A DNA stretch of 52,238 bases from NCBI GenBank assembly GCA_040752695.1, contig JBFMGO010000031.1:1-52238 (forward strand), read 5' to 3'. A program made the translations under genes and the position numbers. This DNA is from a bacterium (GTDB lineage Bacteria > SZUA-182 > DTGQ01). Below, one piece after another: positions 42,365 through 51,602 of the stretch. How positions within the stretch are numbered: position 1 is the first letter of the stretch; each line of letters opens with the position of its first letter. The notes under the pieces are model-generated. The model saw only the letters and a list, made by a program, of their open reading frames with translations, had not been told where the DNA came from and did not search any database.

Positions 42365-43885
42365 TCACAATTCCCAGATCTCGTATCTCATCGATACCGA
42401 ATCTGTCTCCCGGATGAGATTTACGGTAATAATGCCATTCTCATCGCAGGAAAACTCCTCAATCACCTTATTGACCCCATAGCGTTTTACCTGGATATCG
42501 CCTTTTCCCGGTATCCGGGACAGGTTCCAGTCAGGGTCATAGGGAAAGAAAATCTCGCTCCACATCCGGGGGGAGACAGCCTGACCGTCGCGGTGTTCGG
42601 CACATTCCAGATAGCGGTAATAGCCGATGTTATGCTCCGGATAGATTTCAAACCGCTTGGTAGCGGGAATCCTTGTCCCCTGCTCGAAAATCGGATCAAA
42701 ATACTCCCTGCCTCCGGCTGTCCGGATGACCCCGAATGTCCGGCTCAGGATTTGCTCTACCTGCATCTTTTGCTGAACCATATGGCAGGCGCCAAGGGCT
42801 ATGGAGGCAAAGGGGAGACTGGAGAGGTGCACCTTTTCCCTGCCATACTTTTCCTGCACCCGCTTCAGGATCAGGGGAAGCTGGGAGCCGCCTCCCACCA
42901 GGTAGATTTTTTCTACCTGATCAAGTCCGGTGATCCCTTCGCCTTGAGTCATTTTCGAGTGCAGCACCTCCTCAAGTTTGCTCAATGTCTGATTGACCAG
43001 GGGGAGGAGGCGCTCATAGTAATCCTCCACCCGGAGCCTGATGGAGCCCTCATCGATATGGGCCTCTTCCAGGTCGATCCGCAGGTATTTGGGATCGATG
43101 ATATTGGCCAGGGATTCCTTGGCCTCACAGCACCGGTAGAGAAGGAGTTTTTCCTGTAAGGGAGTTAGACCAGACAACTCTTTGTTTTCGATGACCATCT
43201 GATAGAGGCATTGGTCAAAATCATCGCCACCGAGCTGCTCGATCCCCGCAGAAGCGATGACCGAGTAGCGTTCAGGCTCGATCCTGACCAATGAGACATC
43301 GAAGGTGCCGCCCCCAAGGTCATAGACCAGCACATAGATGGAGTTGCCCTGGTTCGCCTGGCCGCGCAGGCGCTCGGACATGCCGGTATAAGAAAACTCG
43401 ATGGCCGAAGCGGTTGGCTCATCGATGATTCGGGGCGAGACAACAAAGCCCGCCTCACGAAAGCACTCCCTGGTAATGAGCCTCTGTGCTCCGTTGGCAT
43501 TGGCCGGTACAGTCAGGAGGACTTCCAGTTCTTCTTCATCGGTAAGGTGCTGGGTCTGAATGATCGTCTTTTTCAGATGCTTCAAAAAATCTACCAGGAT
43601 ACCCTTGACATCCCGTTGAAACGTCTCCTCACATAACTGCAAGCCCTGAAAGTAGTTTTTTAAGTTTCGCTTAAGAGACCGCACGAGGGTACCCTGCCCG
43701 GCAAAGGCGCACTCCAGGGCTTCCAGCCCATGACATCCTTCTGACGCCCCTTCCGGGTAGAACGAGACGGAAGGGAAAACATCCTTGGTTAAACCGGCAT
43801 GGTTGAATTTCATGACCACTGGTGTATGGTTATCCATGTAGGAAACCACGGTATTGGAAGTACCGTAGTCGATGCCGATTCTCAT
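42365..43885 (-). CDS. Atypical Hsp70-family ATPase (short C-terminus, no helical lid)
   Basis: GIDYGTSNT, DEPTASA, YDLGGGTFDVS, LVGGGSQLP; only 506 aa. Confidence 0.88.
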   Translation of the reverse strand: MRIGIDYGTSNTVVSYMDNHTPVVMKFNHAGLTKDVFPSVSFYPEGASEGCHGLEALECAFAGQGTLVRSLKRNLKNYFQGLQLCEETFQRDVKGILVDFLKHLKKTIIQTQHLTDEEELEVLLTVPANANGAQRLITRECFREAGFVVSPRIIDEPTASAIEFSYTGMSERLRGQANQGNSIYVLVYDLGGGTFDVSLVRIEPERYSVIASAGIEQLGGDDFDQCLYQMVIENKELSGLTPLQEKLLLYRCCEAKESLANIIDPKYLRIDLEEAHIDEGSIRLRVEDYYERLLPLVNQTLSKLEEVLHSKMTQGEGITGLDQVEKIYLVGGGSQLPLILKRVQEKYGREKVHLSSLPFASIALGACHMVQQKMQVEQILSRTFGVIRTAGGREYFDPIFEQGTRIPATKRFEIYPEHNIGYYRYLECAEHRDGQAVSPRMWSEIFFPYDPDWNLSRIPGKGDIQVKRYGVNKVIEEFSCDENGIITVNLIRETDSVSMRYEIWEL

Positions 43886-44682
43886 ATTGATATCCTCCTG
43901 TTTACAACCACTTGCGGCTTGATGACCATCTCCTGGTTGTACTCCCAGAAAAACCCCTCTCGAAGAACGGCCAGAATTGCCGATTCACCATGGTCCGCGT
44001 TCCAGGAGAAATCGACCTCCTCGTGAAGAGCCGGGTTGAACTTTTCTCCAACCTGAGGTGAAATGCGCTTCAATTTGCTGTTTTCCAGGATGTAATCCAG
44101 ATCATCCTCCAGGTCCAGAAGATGCGAGGCCGCCGCATCACCCCTCTCGCCGGTCAGTTTCTTTCGTATCTTTTGTACCTTCAGGGATAATTTGGCTACA
44201 GGGACCAGGAGCCCCTTGATCCTTTTGGCCACATGCTCTTCCAACCGCCGGTTGATGAAGACGGTTACCTCCTCCTCTAACTGCATGAGCAGAGGATCGG
44301 CAACCTTGACCTCATCACGGATACCGAGTCCATTATCCTCATGGGCTTCAGCCTTCTCACGGACTTCAGTCTTCTCATGGGCTTCAGCCTTCTCATGGGC
44401 TGTTATATTTTGGTTTTCTCCAATGTGAGTTCCCGCACCATGGGCTTTCATGTCATGAACTTCCCTGTTATGGACTTGTGCAGTATGGACTTTTTTCTGA
44501 CTACAGGCTCCTCCGCTATAGGATTCTCCTTTGTTGTCGGATTCCTGCTGGGTAATGTCTTTTTGCATCTGAAGGACCTCCTCCCCTGTAGAATCTCCCC
44601 AAGTGCCTCTCAGCCCGATAATACGTTCGGGCTGAGAGATGGCGAGCATCCTTTTTCTTTTGACCTTCTTTTTCTTAGACAT
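43882..44682 (-). CDS. grpE: GrpE-like nucleotide exchange factor with repeat-rich N-terminus
   Basis: GEKFNPALHE...VLREGF...VIKPQVVV; 4-nt overlap with the hsp70 start. Confidence 0.75.
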   Translation of the reverse strand: MSKKKKVKRKRMLAISQPERIIGLRGTWGDSTGEEVLQMQKDITQQESDNKGESYSGGACSQKKVHTAQVHNREVHDMKAHGAGTHIGENQNITAHEKAEAHEKTEVREKAEAHEDNGLGIRDEVKVADPLLMQLEEEVTVFINRRLEEHVAKRIKGLLVPVAKLSLKVQKIRKKLTGERGDAAASHLLDLEDDLDYILENSKLKRISPQVGEKFNPALHEEVDFSWNADHGESAILAVLREGFFWEYNQEMVIKPQVVVNRRISI

Positions 44683-45309
44683 TGTTCGGGTCTCCTTTCG
44701 TCATTCCAATCTTCTATGGCAGTTTTATACCATATTACTTTCCGCAATGTAAATCTAAATTTAACCCTTTGCGTTTCAATGGCTTTTATTGTGGTATCTT
44801 TCTTTTATTGTGGTATCTTTTCTTGTGTCTCGCAATACGACAAGACTTCTCATGGCGGTTTTTCATCGAATAGCCATATCCCGCCACAGAGAGAAAAAGA
44901 TGAATTGCCCTCCGATGTATCCATCTTTTCCTGACGATAACATTATTGAGCTGAGGTGTGAAATATGTTAAAGAGCTGATACCATTTTGTTCCAAATCAT
45001 CTGCAAATATTCTCAAACAAGGTCAAATTTTTCTCCACAAGACTGCTTCTATAGATCGCACCATGAAGAGAATAAACAGAAGGCATGAGGAGTAATTTCC
45101 CCTTATATCTTATACCGTAAGTGTATTATAAGCCTATGCCGGAATACATCCTCCCCCCTTTTCTCAAGGGGAATGAGGAGGTTTTTACAGAGAATTCTAT
45201 CTTTGGGATATGTTCATGCATTTGCAATGAGGGTAATAGGCTGCTGGATTACGGAGTAATTTTAGCGTAAATTCTTAGCTAACTTCAACGCGATGAAAGA
45301 TAATATCTT

Positions 45310-47556
45310 ATGGAATGTAATCTCAATGCACCCTCTTTACTTCCTTATCTTGATTCTACCGGGGCTCACTTTTCCCTAAGACTCTCGCTGGTGACGGAAG
45401 AGGCTTCTTCTCTGGAAAAAGCCCCTTTTCCTTTTGTGGTTATTACTGACTCAGACCCTCTTACCCGCCTGATTGAGGCACGGCTGCTCACCGATGCCGG
45501 CAGCGAGATCAAGAAAGTATTCCTCCTGGTTCAAAAAGACCAATACCTCCTGGCCAGGGATGAACTGCGGCCTATAGGGAACCAGGATATCGATACCTTC
45601 TGGCAGAAGGCATTCTCGTCGTACGAGAGCGGGAACGGGAAAGACGACAGCTCTTTCATCACCCTTGCCTGTCAGACAGGCGGTCAGCGGACAGAAGGGC
45701 AGGGGAGTCAAAATTCTCAAAACAATGGCCAGGGAGAGCGAAAAGGGTGTTTATTGCCTTTTCAATCCCTGTTCTTCTGCAAGCACAGCAGGCTTTTTTT
45801 TGCCCCGCCCTGTCCGGAGTGCGGTCTAGCCGTGCAGCAATGCTGTGATGATGACCTTTTGATCCGATGCGGACTTCAGCCGTATTCGACCTCTCTGAAG
45901 CGGTATTTGTTTTGCCCCTCATGCGTTGCTTCCGGCACGAGTCCTACTTTTTACACCCTTGGGCTGGAAAGTTTTGCCTCTCCCGGCCTCAAGGACAGGT
46001 GGGATTTAATCAGAGGGTTCGGTCACTTGCTCAAGGGCGGAAATAACTATAACAGTGAGCAGTTTATCTGTTGGGAATGCCCCGGCCAAAAGGAGTGTTA
46101 CAGCTCGGACAGCCTCTTCCTCTCGCGGATTGTGCCTTTCTCCTTCTATCCTTTTCGCATGTTTATCATAGAAGCCATGTCGCTTCACGCCATGGATTTT
46201 TTGTCCCTTGTCTCGGGGGCCTCGTGCGATGAGATCGAAACCCAGCTTGCATCAAAGCAGGAATTCGGGAGAGCGGGGTGTTTGAAGGCTGTAGTACATC
46301 AATGCAATCCAGCCTGGACATTCATGTTTTTCGGTCAGGCTGACCGGCACTTTCTTGAGGTCTTACACCTCAAGCTTTCCTTTTTAAGTGAAGTTATTCG
46401 AAAGATTTCCACGGCTTCAGGGTCCGGCATCAGCAGCCGGCCTGATCTGGGATTATCACTCGATCAGATCTGGGTCAAGCTGGCCAAAAGGTCAGGTCTT
46501 CTCCCCCTTTTCTGGAGCTTTTCCGTAGAGGTGCTGAACCTGGGGAAAACCGCCATCCCGGATAATTCGCCGCCCCGGCCCCTGCCACCTCATGATCTTC
46601 ATGTTCTCGGACTCATCTGGTTCTACGCACTTATCGTTAACCGGAAGCAAAACATTTCGAAGGTGTATCAGCTCCTGAGACAGGCTGCGATGGCGAGTGA
46701 GAATGATGCCGCCTCCGGTAACGGGTCCGGCTATCAGGGGAGTTTCCCAAAGACAGATAAGGCATTTGCTCCTGAAAACATATTCTGGAACCCGGAAGAC
46801 AGAGCGATTGATACAAACTCCCATCCTCTGTGGGAGAAATCCCTCGATCTTGGGTGGTCTTTATTGAAGGCAAGCCTTCATTACTCTCCTCAATGGTCAG
46901 GGAAGGAATTCCTTCAGCACATAGAAACGTTGAGAGAAGAAGTGAAAAGCGCTCTGTTCCAGGGAAAAACCTGCGATGGGAACTGGAGTGATATTCCGGC
47001 ACAGAGCCAGGGCCGGCATTTGGACCAGCATTTGATACAAAACCAGCATCCAATGCCGGGCCACCGAATGGCAGACAATACCGGTATAGACCTTTCGGAA
47101 GGCTGTGAGAATCCCCTGAAAGAAAATAATAAGGCTGTTCAAGCTATCCTGACACGCATCATGGACAAATGGCGTGTGACAGAGGCTGAACAACCCTGGG
47201 GAGTGCCAGCCGTGGTTGAGACAGGAGAAGCTGAGTCAAGAGAAGCCCAGTCGGGAGAAACTGAGTCAGGAGAAACGGAGTTGGGAGAAACTGAGCCGGG
47301 AGAAATTGAGTCAGGAGAAGCTGAGTCGAGAGAAATTGCGTCAGGAGAAGCTAAGTCAGGAGAAGAGGAATTAGCTGCCTGGGCCTCATCCAACCGGCTC
47401 GGTGAATGGACCTCTTCCGATGAGGTTGACGAGGAGATTCTCAATCAGGAAAATACGTTCGATAACGGCCATGACCGGGATGAATTCCTGGCCGGGGTAA
47501 CTGCCCGGGGATCAGAGAGAAAGATCCGGGGCAAGAGAAAAAAGGGGCGCAGGTAA
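45310..47556 (+). CDS. Large hypothetical protein: Cys-rich region + kinase-like segment + acidic repeat tail
   Basis: CPEC, CPSC, CWECPGQKEC; DLHVLGLIWF resembles kinase subdomain IX; 748 aa. Confidence 0.75.
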   Translation: MECNLNAPSLLPYLDSTGAHFSLRLSLVTEEASSLEKAPFPFVVITDSDPLTRLIEARLLTDAGSEIKKVFLLVQKDQYLLARDELRPIGNQDIDTFWQKAFSSYESGNGKDDSSFITLACQTGGQRTEGQGSQNSQNNGQGERKGCLLPFQSLFFCKHSRLFFAPPCPECGLAVQQCCDDDLLIRCGLQPYSTSLKRYLFCPSCVASGTSPTFYTLGLESFASPGLKDRWDLIRGFGHLLKGGNNYNSEQFICWECPGQKECYSSDSLFLSRIVPFSFYPFRMFIIEAMSLHAMDFLSLVSGASCDEIETQLASKQEFGRAGCLKAVVHQCNPAWTFMFFGQADRHFLEVLHLKLSFLSEVIRKISTASGSGISSRPDLGLSLDQIWVKLAKRSGLLPLFWSFSVEVLNLGKTAIPDNSPPRPLPPHDLHVLGLIWFYALIVNRKQNISKVYQLLRQAAMASENDAASGNGSGYQGSFPKTDKAFAPENIFWNPEDRAIDTNSHPLWEKSLDLGWSLLKASLHYSPQWSGKEFLQHIETLREEVKSALFQGKTCDGNWSDIPAQSQGRHLDQHLIQNQHPMPGHRMADNTGIDLSEGCENPLKENNKAVQAILTRIMDKWRVTEAEQPWGVPAVVETGEAESREAQSGETESGETELGETEPGEIESGEAESREIASGEAKSGEEELAAWASSNRLGEWTSSDEVDEEILNQENTFDNGHDRDEFLAGVTARGSERKIRGKRKKGRR
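47224..47373 (+). repeat. 15-bp coding tandem repeat x10 (GE(A/T)ES-like pentapeptide)
   Basis: ggagaagctgagtca consensus repeated in register. Confidence 0.9.
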
Positions 47557-48413
47557 TGAGCCGTATTCCCTTTGATGGAATGCCTATAGATGAAATGCCT
47601 TTCGGTGAAATGCCTTCCCGTGAAGCGCCTTCAGGTGAAATATTTTCGGATGACATGTCCTTAGACGAAATGGTCAATGACTTACAGAATATCTACCAGT
47701 CGGACCCCTCAGGGTCCGAAGCGCTGATTGAAAAATACCTTGAGGAAAAACTGGCGGGGATTTTGCCCGGGGGAAGGCTGCCGCTTATTGAAAAACTCGC
47801 CCAAACCCTGGAGAGCAAGACATCGGAAGCACCCGGCGTCCCTCCTTCTGGATTGTCCGGTTCTGGCTGCATGGGATCTCTTGAGCATGCAAAGCTGCTC
47901 TCTTTCCTTCTGGGCAAGGATGTCGCCGGCGAGGATTTTTCCTTAGCCGGGCTTCTGGCAGAAATGACGTCTTCCCTCAAGGCTATTCATGGTACTCTCA
48001 ATCGAATTACCGATACCATCAACACCACTCTCCTTGGCAGAAGGACCGATATGGACTCGATCAGGCAGATTATCGGTTCCACTTTTGAGGACCCCAAGCC
48101 CTCAACCTCCCTGAAAGAGCGCCTGGACCGAATCAACGATGCCTTTTTAATCGCTCGACAGGCTTTCAGACAGGCGGTTCAGGCCAGGTTGGGCGAAATC
48201 CTGTTTGAGCTGAATCCTGATCGTCTTGAATCCACTACCAGTGGAGGCTTGCGATTCGGTCCGCTTCGCAAGGCCGAACTGTTCGAAATCTACAAGGAAA
48301 AATACCAAACCTGTCAGCGGTGGTTCGAATCGGGTCATCTTATGGAAGAAATCCTGAGAGAATTTGAGAGAGCCTGCCAGAAAATATACTCCGAAAAAGG
48401 GGTCGAAGGCTGA
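47556..48413 (+). CDS. Hypothetical protein with TagH (T6SS FHA protein) C-terminal-like domain, no FHA
   Basis: EILFELNPDRLE...RKAELFEIYKEKY...REFERAC resembles the TagH C-domain; 1-nt overlap with the upstream stop. Confidence 0.6.
   Translation: MSRIPFDGMPIDEMPFGEMPSREAPSGEIFSDDMSLDEMVNDLQNIYQSDPSGSEALIEKYLEEKLAGILPGGRLPLIEKLAQTLESKTSEAPGVPPSGLSGSGCMGSLEHAKLLSFLLGKDVAGEDFSLAGLLAEMTSSLKAIHGTLNRITDTINTTLLGRRTDMDSIRQIIGSTFEDPKPSTSLKERLDRINDAFLIARQAFRQAVQARLGEILFELNPDRLESTTSGGLRFGPLRKAELFEIYKEKYQTCQRWFESGHLMEEILREFERACQKIYSEKGVEG
47565..47669 (+). repeat. 15-bp coding tandem repeat x7 (MPxxE-like)
   Basis: IPFDG MPIDE MPFGE MPSRE APSGE IFSDD MSLDE. Confidence 0.75.
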
Positions 48414-48430
48414 CAAACCGGGAATCCCCG

Positions 48431-48480
48431 GCGCTGCCTTCACACGGCAGGGGGGCTAGTGGTTCAGGCTTGATAGTGCC
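48431..48480 (+). repeat. Degenerate tRNA-Val(CAC) fragment, copy 1
   Basis: Intact anticodon arm ctgcc-ttCACac-ggcag, then a decayed T-arm/acceptor. Confidence 0.75.
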
Positions 48481-48601
48481 CATCTTGGTAGTACGTTGGA
48501 AAGCAAGAGATTAGAGATGGATTAATTTTTCGCAAGGAGTAGTGGGCGGATTCCCCCTTGATTTCCCCTTAGAGAAAAAAATCTATTTGCCAATTTCATA
48601 A

Positions 48602-48901
48602 TCAGAGTATCAGACGAAGAACATCGCACGAGGTCAATGCTCTCAAAATCTCCCTGAATTCATCCAATGAGGTCACTTTGGCAGCCTTTCTCAGGACCAT
48701 ATGCAGGACTGCTACCTCATCGATCTGCTTTACTGATTTAACAATCTCATCGGGTACCAGGTTAAATCGGTCCTCGATGATTTCGAGAATATCCTGCTGA
48801 GTGGCTTGCCGCACACCCTGCTGCATACCTTCTTTGATGCCCTGCTGGATTCCCTCATCGATCCATTCCTGGACAATATTAGCGGTTTTGATCATCTGCA
48901 T
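48602..48901 (-). CDS. C-terminal module of Rpn/DUF4351-like protein (fragment or stand-alone small protein)
   Basis: EGIQQGIKEGMQQG repeat + ILEIIEDRF..VP...IDEVAVL...AAKVTSLDEF; GGAGG before ATG 48895. Confidence 0.72.
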   Translation of the reverse strand: MQMIKTANIVQEWIDEGIQQGIKEGMQQGVRQATQQDILEIIEDRFNLVPDEIVKSVKQIDEVAVLHMVLRKAAKVTSLDEFREILRALTSCDVLRLIL

Positions 48902-48910
48902 CTCCTCCCT

Positions 48911-48987
48911 ATCGGGTAAGCGGGGGGCTGTTACCAGGCCCAACTCCCCTAAGAACGGTACGTGCAAGTTTCCCCGCATACCGTCTT
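48911..48987 (-). mobile_element. Group II intron 3' remnant (domains V-VI)
   Basis: Minus strand ACGGTATGCGGGGAAACTTGCACGTACCGTTC (D5 with GAAA loop) + GGGGAG...GGTAAC...CTTACCCGAT (D6, AY end); no RT ORF. Confidence 0.85.
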
Positions 48988-49144
48988 ACACGGACACCTT
49001 TGGTGAGGACACGGATATACTATCAACCCACAGTCCTATACAAAGCTGGATGCTGCGGGGAATGAGCTGCCAGATTCCGCTACGTCATGGAGTATGGTCA
49101 CCTGCGAAAATCTTTATATGTCATTTCTGTTAATTTTTTAAATG

Positions 49145-49184
49145 AACGCGGAGGAATTGCCGTCCGAGTGTATGCCTGTTAGTC
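49145..49184 (-). mobile_element. Truncated attC-like site downstream of the methyltransferase
   Basis: Minus strand GACTAAC-AGGCATACACTCGGACGGCAATTCC starting 6 nt after the stop; right arm not found. Confidence 0.55.
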
Positions 49185-49190
49185 ATTCTT

Positions 49191-49811
49191 TCACTTTTCC
49201 CTTTTGAATAAAGCATAAATATATGGTCTTGGATCACCATTTGGATTTATGTATATATAGTTAAAATGGGACATTAGTGTAAATGACGATCCCAGTCTTT
49301 CCGATAGTTCTTCAATAGAATACCGATGAAGCGTTAATCCCGCACATTTAGACGCACCTGTTTTTGAAAATTCGGCAAACATGGCGTAACTGTCTACTTT
49401 TAGTATTGATTTTAGATTGTTAAAGTATCCTCTTATATCATCTTCATCTGTCAGAAAATGTAAAACTGCCCTGTCAATCCATATATCAATATCCGGTATT
49501 GCATCTTGGATTGGTTGGGCGATGTCTTGGCAAAGATAGTAGATGCCTTTGCTTCTGTCGCCTAACCTGCTCTTAACTCTGTTTATAGCCTCTATGCTGA
49601 TATCATTGAGAACTAATGTCGTGCCCTTGCCCAGAAGTCCTTCGATCAAAAGTGAAGTTCCCACGCCAGGGACAAATATCGTAGAATTATCCCATCCCGG
49701 AATAAGATTCAATAATTCAAATAACTTGGATGGGTCCTTTTCATACCAACCCAGTTTTGAATCTTCTGTGCCGGAAAAAATTTTATCCCAATGCTCACTC
49801 CTCGATTTCAT
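49191..49811 (-). CDS. Class I SAM-dependent methyltransferase
   Basis: HWDKIF, VPGVGTS, NDIS, DIWIDRAVLHFL, KCAGL; visibly AT-rich. Confidence 0.88.
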   Translation of the reverse strand: MKSRSEHWDKIFSGTEDSKLGWYEKDPSKLFELLNLIPGWDNSTIFVPGVGTSLLIEGLLGKGTTLVLNDISIEAINRVKSRLGDRSKGIYYLCQDIAQPIQDAIPDIDIWIDRAVLHFLTDEDDIRGYFNNLKSILKVDSYAMFAEFSKTGASKCAGLTLHRYSIEELSERLGSSFTLMSHFNYIYINPNGDPRPYIYALFKREK

Positions 49812-49896
49812 ACTTATTCTCCTCTTTTAGGGCTAACTGTAATACTATAATACCACATTATTTCTGAGTTACAAATGGTTTAAATGATATTTATCC

Positions 49897-49935
49897 GGTT
49901 CGATCCCAGTATCGCCCATTTTTTAAGGCTTTGAA
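49897..49935 (+). repeat. tRNA-Val 3'-end fragment plus downstream flank, copy 2
   Basis: ggttcgatcccagtatcgcccattttttaaggctttgaa, 39 bp identical to 51842-51880. Confidence 0.9.
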
Positions 49936-49992
49936 ATTTAATACTTTATAAATCAGAGAGGAATTTCCAGAAAAAACCCATTATTCTTTCTC

Positions 49993-50021
49993 TTGAACTC
50001 TACACAAAATATGTGTATTAT
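49993..50021 (+). promoter_or_regulatory. vapBC promoter with palindromic operator
   Basis: TTGAAC-17 nt-TATTAT overlapping TACACA-N5-TGTGTA (50001-50017). Confidence 0.7.
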
Positions 50022-50047
50022 ATATATCGAATACACATGAGGAGAAT

Positions 50048-50254
50048 ATGATGCGAACGAATATCGATATTAACGACAGCTTACTGGAAGAAGCTTTTTC
50101 TCTCAGCCGTGCCAGAACTAAAAAGGATCTGATCCACGAAGCTCTGCAAGAATATATCAGGTTGAAAAAACGGAAAGATCTTACTGAATTAGCTGGATCA
50201 ATCGAATTCTATGAAGGTTATGACCATAAAAAATTAAGGGAAACCAGAGGATGA
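50048..50254 (+). CDS. vapB: Type II antitoxin, VapB family
   Basis: MRTNIDINDSLLEEA...TKKDLIHEAL ribbon-helix-helix pattern; directly upstream of a PIN gene. Confidence 0.9.
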   Translation: MMRTNIDINDSLLEEAFSLSRARTKKDLIHEALQEYIRLKKRKDLTELAGSIEFYEGYDHKKLRETRG

Positions 50255-50257
50255 TTA

Positions 50258-50653
50258 ATGATTCTCGTTGACACCTCTGTCTGGGTCCAGGTTTTAAAAG
50301 ATAAAACCGGCAGGGTAGTACATGCGTTTCGTGAGAGAACAAGTGCAGAAGTAATTGTATTTAGCCGTTTCATTCAGCTCGAATTGCTTCAGGGTGCAAA
50401 AGACGAGTTTGAATGGCGGCGACTCGATGAGTATCTGACGACCCAGTACTATCTTGAAGCAACAGAGGATACCTGGAGGCAGGCAGCGAGGACTTATTTC
50501 GACCTCCGCAGGCAGGGAGTAACCCTAAGAAGCCCGGTTGATTGTTGTATCGCCTGTATAGCCATTGATACCCGCGCCCTTCTTTTACACCGGGATCGGG
50601 ATTTTGAAAAAATTGCCGAAATCAGACCACTTGCCCATGAGTTCTTCAGTTAG
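50258..50653 (+). CDS. vapC: PIN-domain toxin VapC
   Basis: MILVDTSVW, ELLQG, DCCIA, HRDRDF. Confidence 0.92.
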   Translation: MILVDTSVWVQVLKDKTGRVVHAFRERTSAEVIVFSRFIQLELLQGAKDEFEWRRLDEYLTTQYYLEATEDTWRQAARTYFDLRRQGVTLRSPVDCCIACIAIDTRALLLHRDRDFEKIAEIRPLAHEFFS

Positions 50654-50848
50654 AAGCAGCTCCCATTTTTCTCCCATGTTTCCCACCATAAGCGTCCTCA
50701 TCTATCAACTTTCTCTCTTTCTTTTATGCGGTCCAAGGATGCAAGTAAAACGTTCCTGTTTCGATAGGCGTTCTCCGGTCTTCGATGGTCTTCGGGGTGC
50801 ATGCCCCCGATCATCTCCGGGGTTCGGTCTTCCGGCCCGTCTCTGGGG

Positions 50849-50897
50849 GCACTGCCTTCACACAGCAGGGGCCACTGGTTCGATCCCAGTATCGCCA
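50849..50897 (+). repeat. tRNA-Val(CAC) fragment (anticodon arm to acceptor 3' strand), copy 3
   Basis: gcactgccttcacacagcaggggccactggttcgatcccagtatcgcca. Confidence 0.88.
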
Positions 50898-51119
50898 ATT
50901 GTTTAATGCGTTAGAAAACAGGCGGTTAGAGATGAGTAATTTTTCTTGAAAAAAGTAGTAGGTGAATTTCCCCAATGGGTCCCCTCTTGGTTTTCTTCTC
51001 AGAGAGAGACAACTCTGCCATCAATTTCTGTCCCTAATTTTCCTGGATCGTGATAAGCTACAACATAAGGGATGTTTTTCTCCTTTCCATGTTTTCGAAA
51101 ATAAGATATTATATGTATT

Positions 51120-51602
51120 ATGAAAATGAAGCTATATTTGGACACATCCATTCCAAGTGCATACTTTGATTATTCAAAGCCTGTCAGGCAGCTTATTACT
51201 CAGAAATGGTTCGAAAACGATGCATCATCATTTGAACTATATATTTCAGTTATTACTATTGAAGAAATTGAAAAATTAAAAAATTTTAATAAAAGAAATA
51301 AGATTAAAGAATTAATTGTCAATCACAATGTAAAGGTATTGGAAATTTCCTCAGAAGCGATCGAATTAGCCAATGAATATATGAATGCTGGTGCGATCCC
51401 ACAGTCAGAACCTGAAGATGCATATCATATTGCCGTAGCAGCAGTAAATACTGTCGAAACGTTAGCTTCATGGAATTTTAAACACATAGTTAGTATAAAT
51501 CCCATAAGAAAAATCCATGAAGTGAATAGAAAACTTAAGTATCCGATGATTGAAATTGGATCATTAGAATTATTTGGGGGATCTCGATATGGAAACCTAT
51601 AA
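51120..51602 (+). CDS. PIN-domain protein
   Basis: LYLDTSIPS, EDAYHIA, SWNFKHIV. Confidence 0.9.
   Translation: MKMKLYLDTSIPSAYFDYSKPVRQLITQKWFENDASSFELYISVITIEEIEKLKNFNKRNKIKELIVNHNVKVLEISSEAIELANEYMNAGAIPQSEPEDAYHIAVAAVNTVETLASWNFKHIVSINPIRKIHEVNRKLKYPMIEIGSLELFGGSRYGNL

Noticed and set aside
44786..44822. 19-bp direct repeat tttattgtggtatcttt upstream of grpE-like
   Set aside because: Two copies only, not a CIRCE element; may be simple slippage.
45148..45182. REP-like cccccctttc...aagggg hairpin
   Set aside because: Imperfect, with no second good copy in the window.
50565..50906. ORFs 50565-50906(+) and 50698-50898(-)
   Set aside because: Partly translations of the tRNA fragment (e.g. 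MAILGSNQWPLLCEGSA); no recognisable family.
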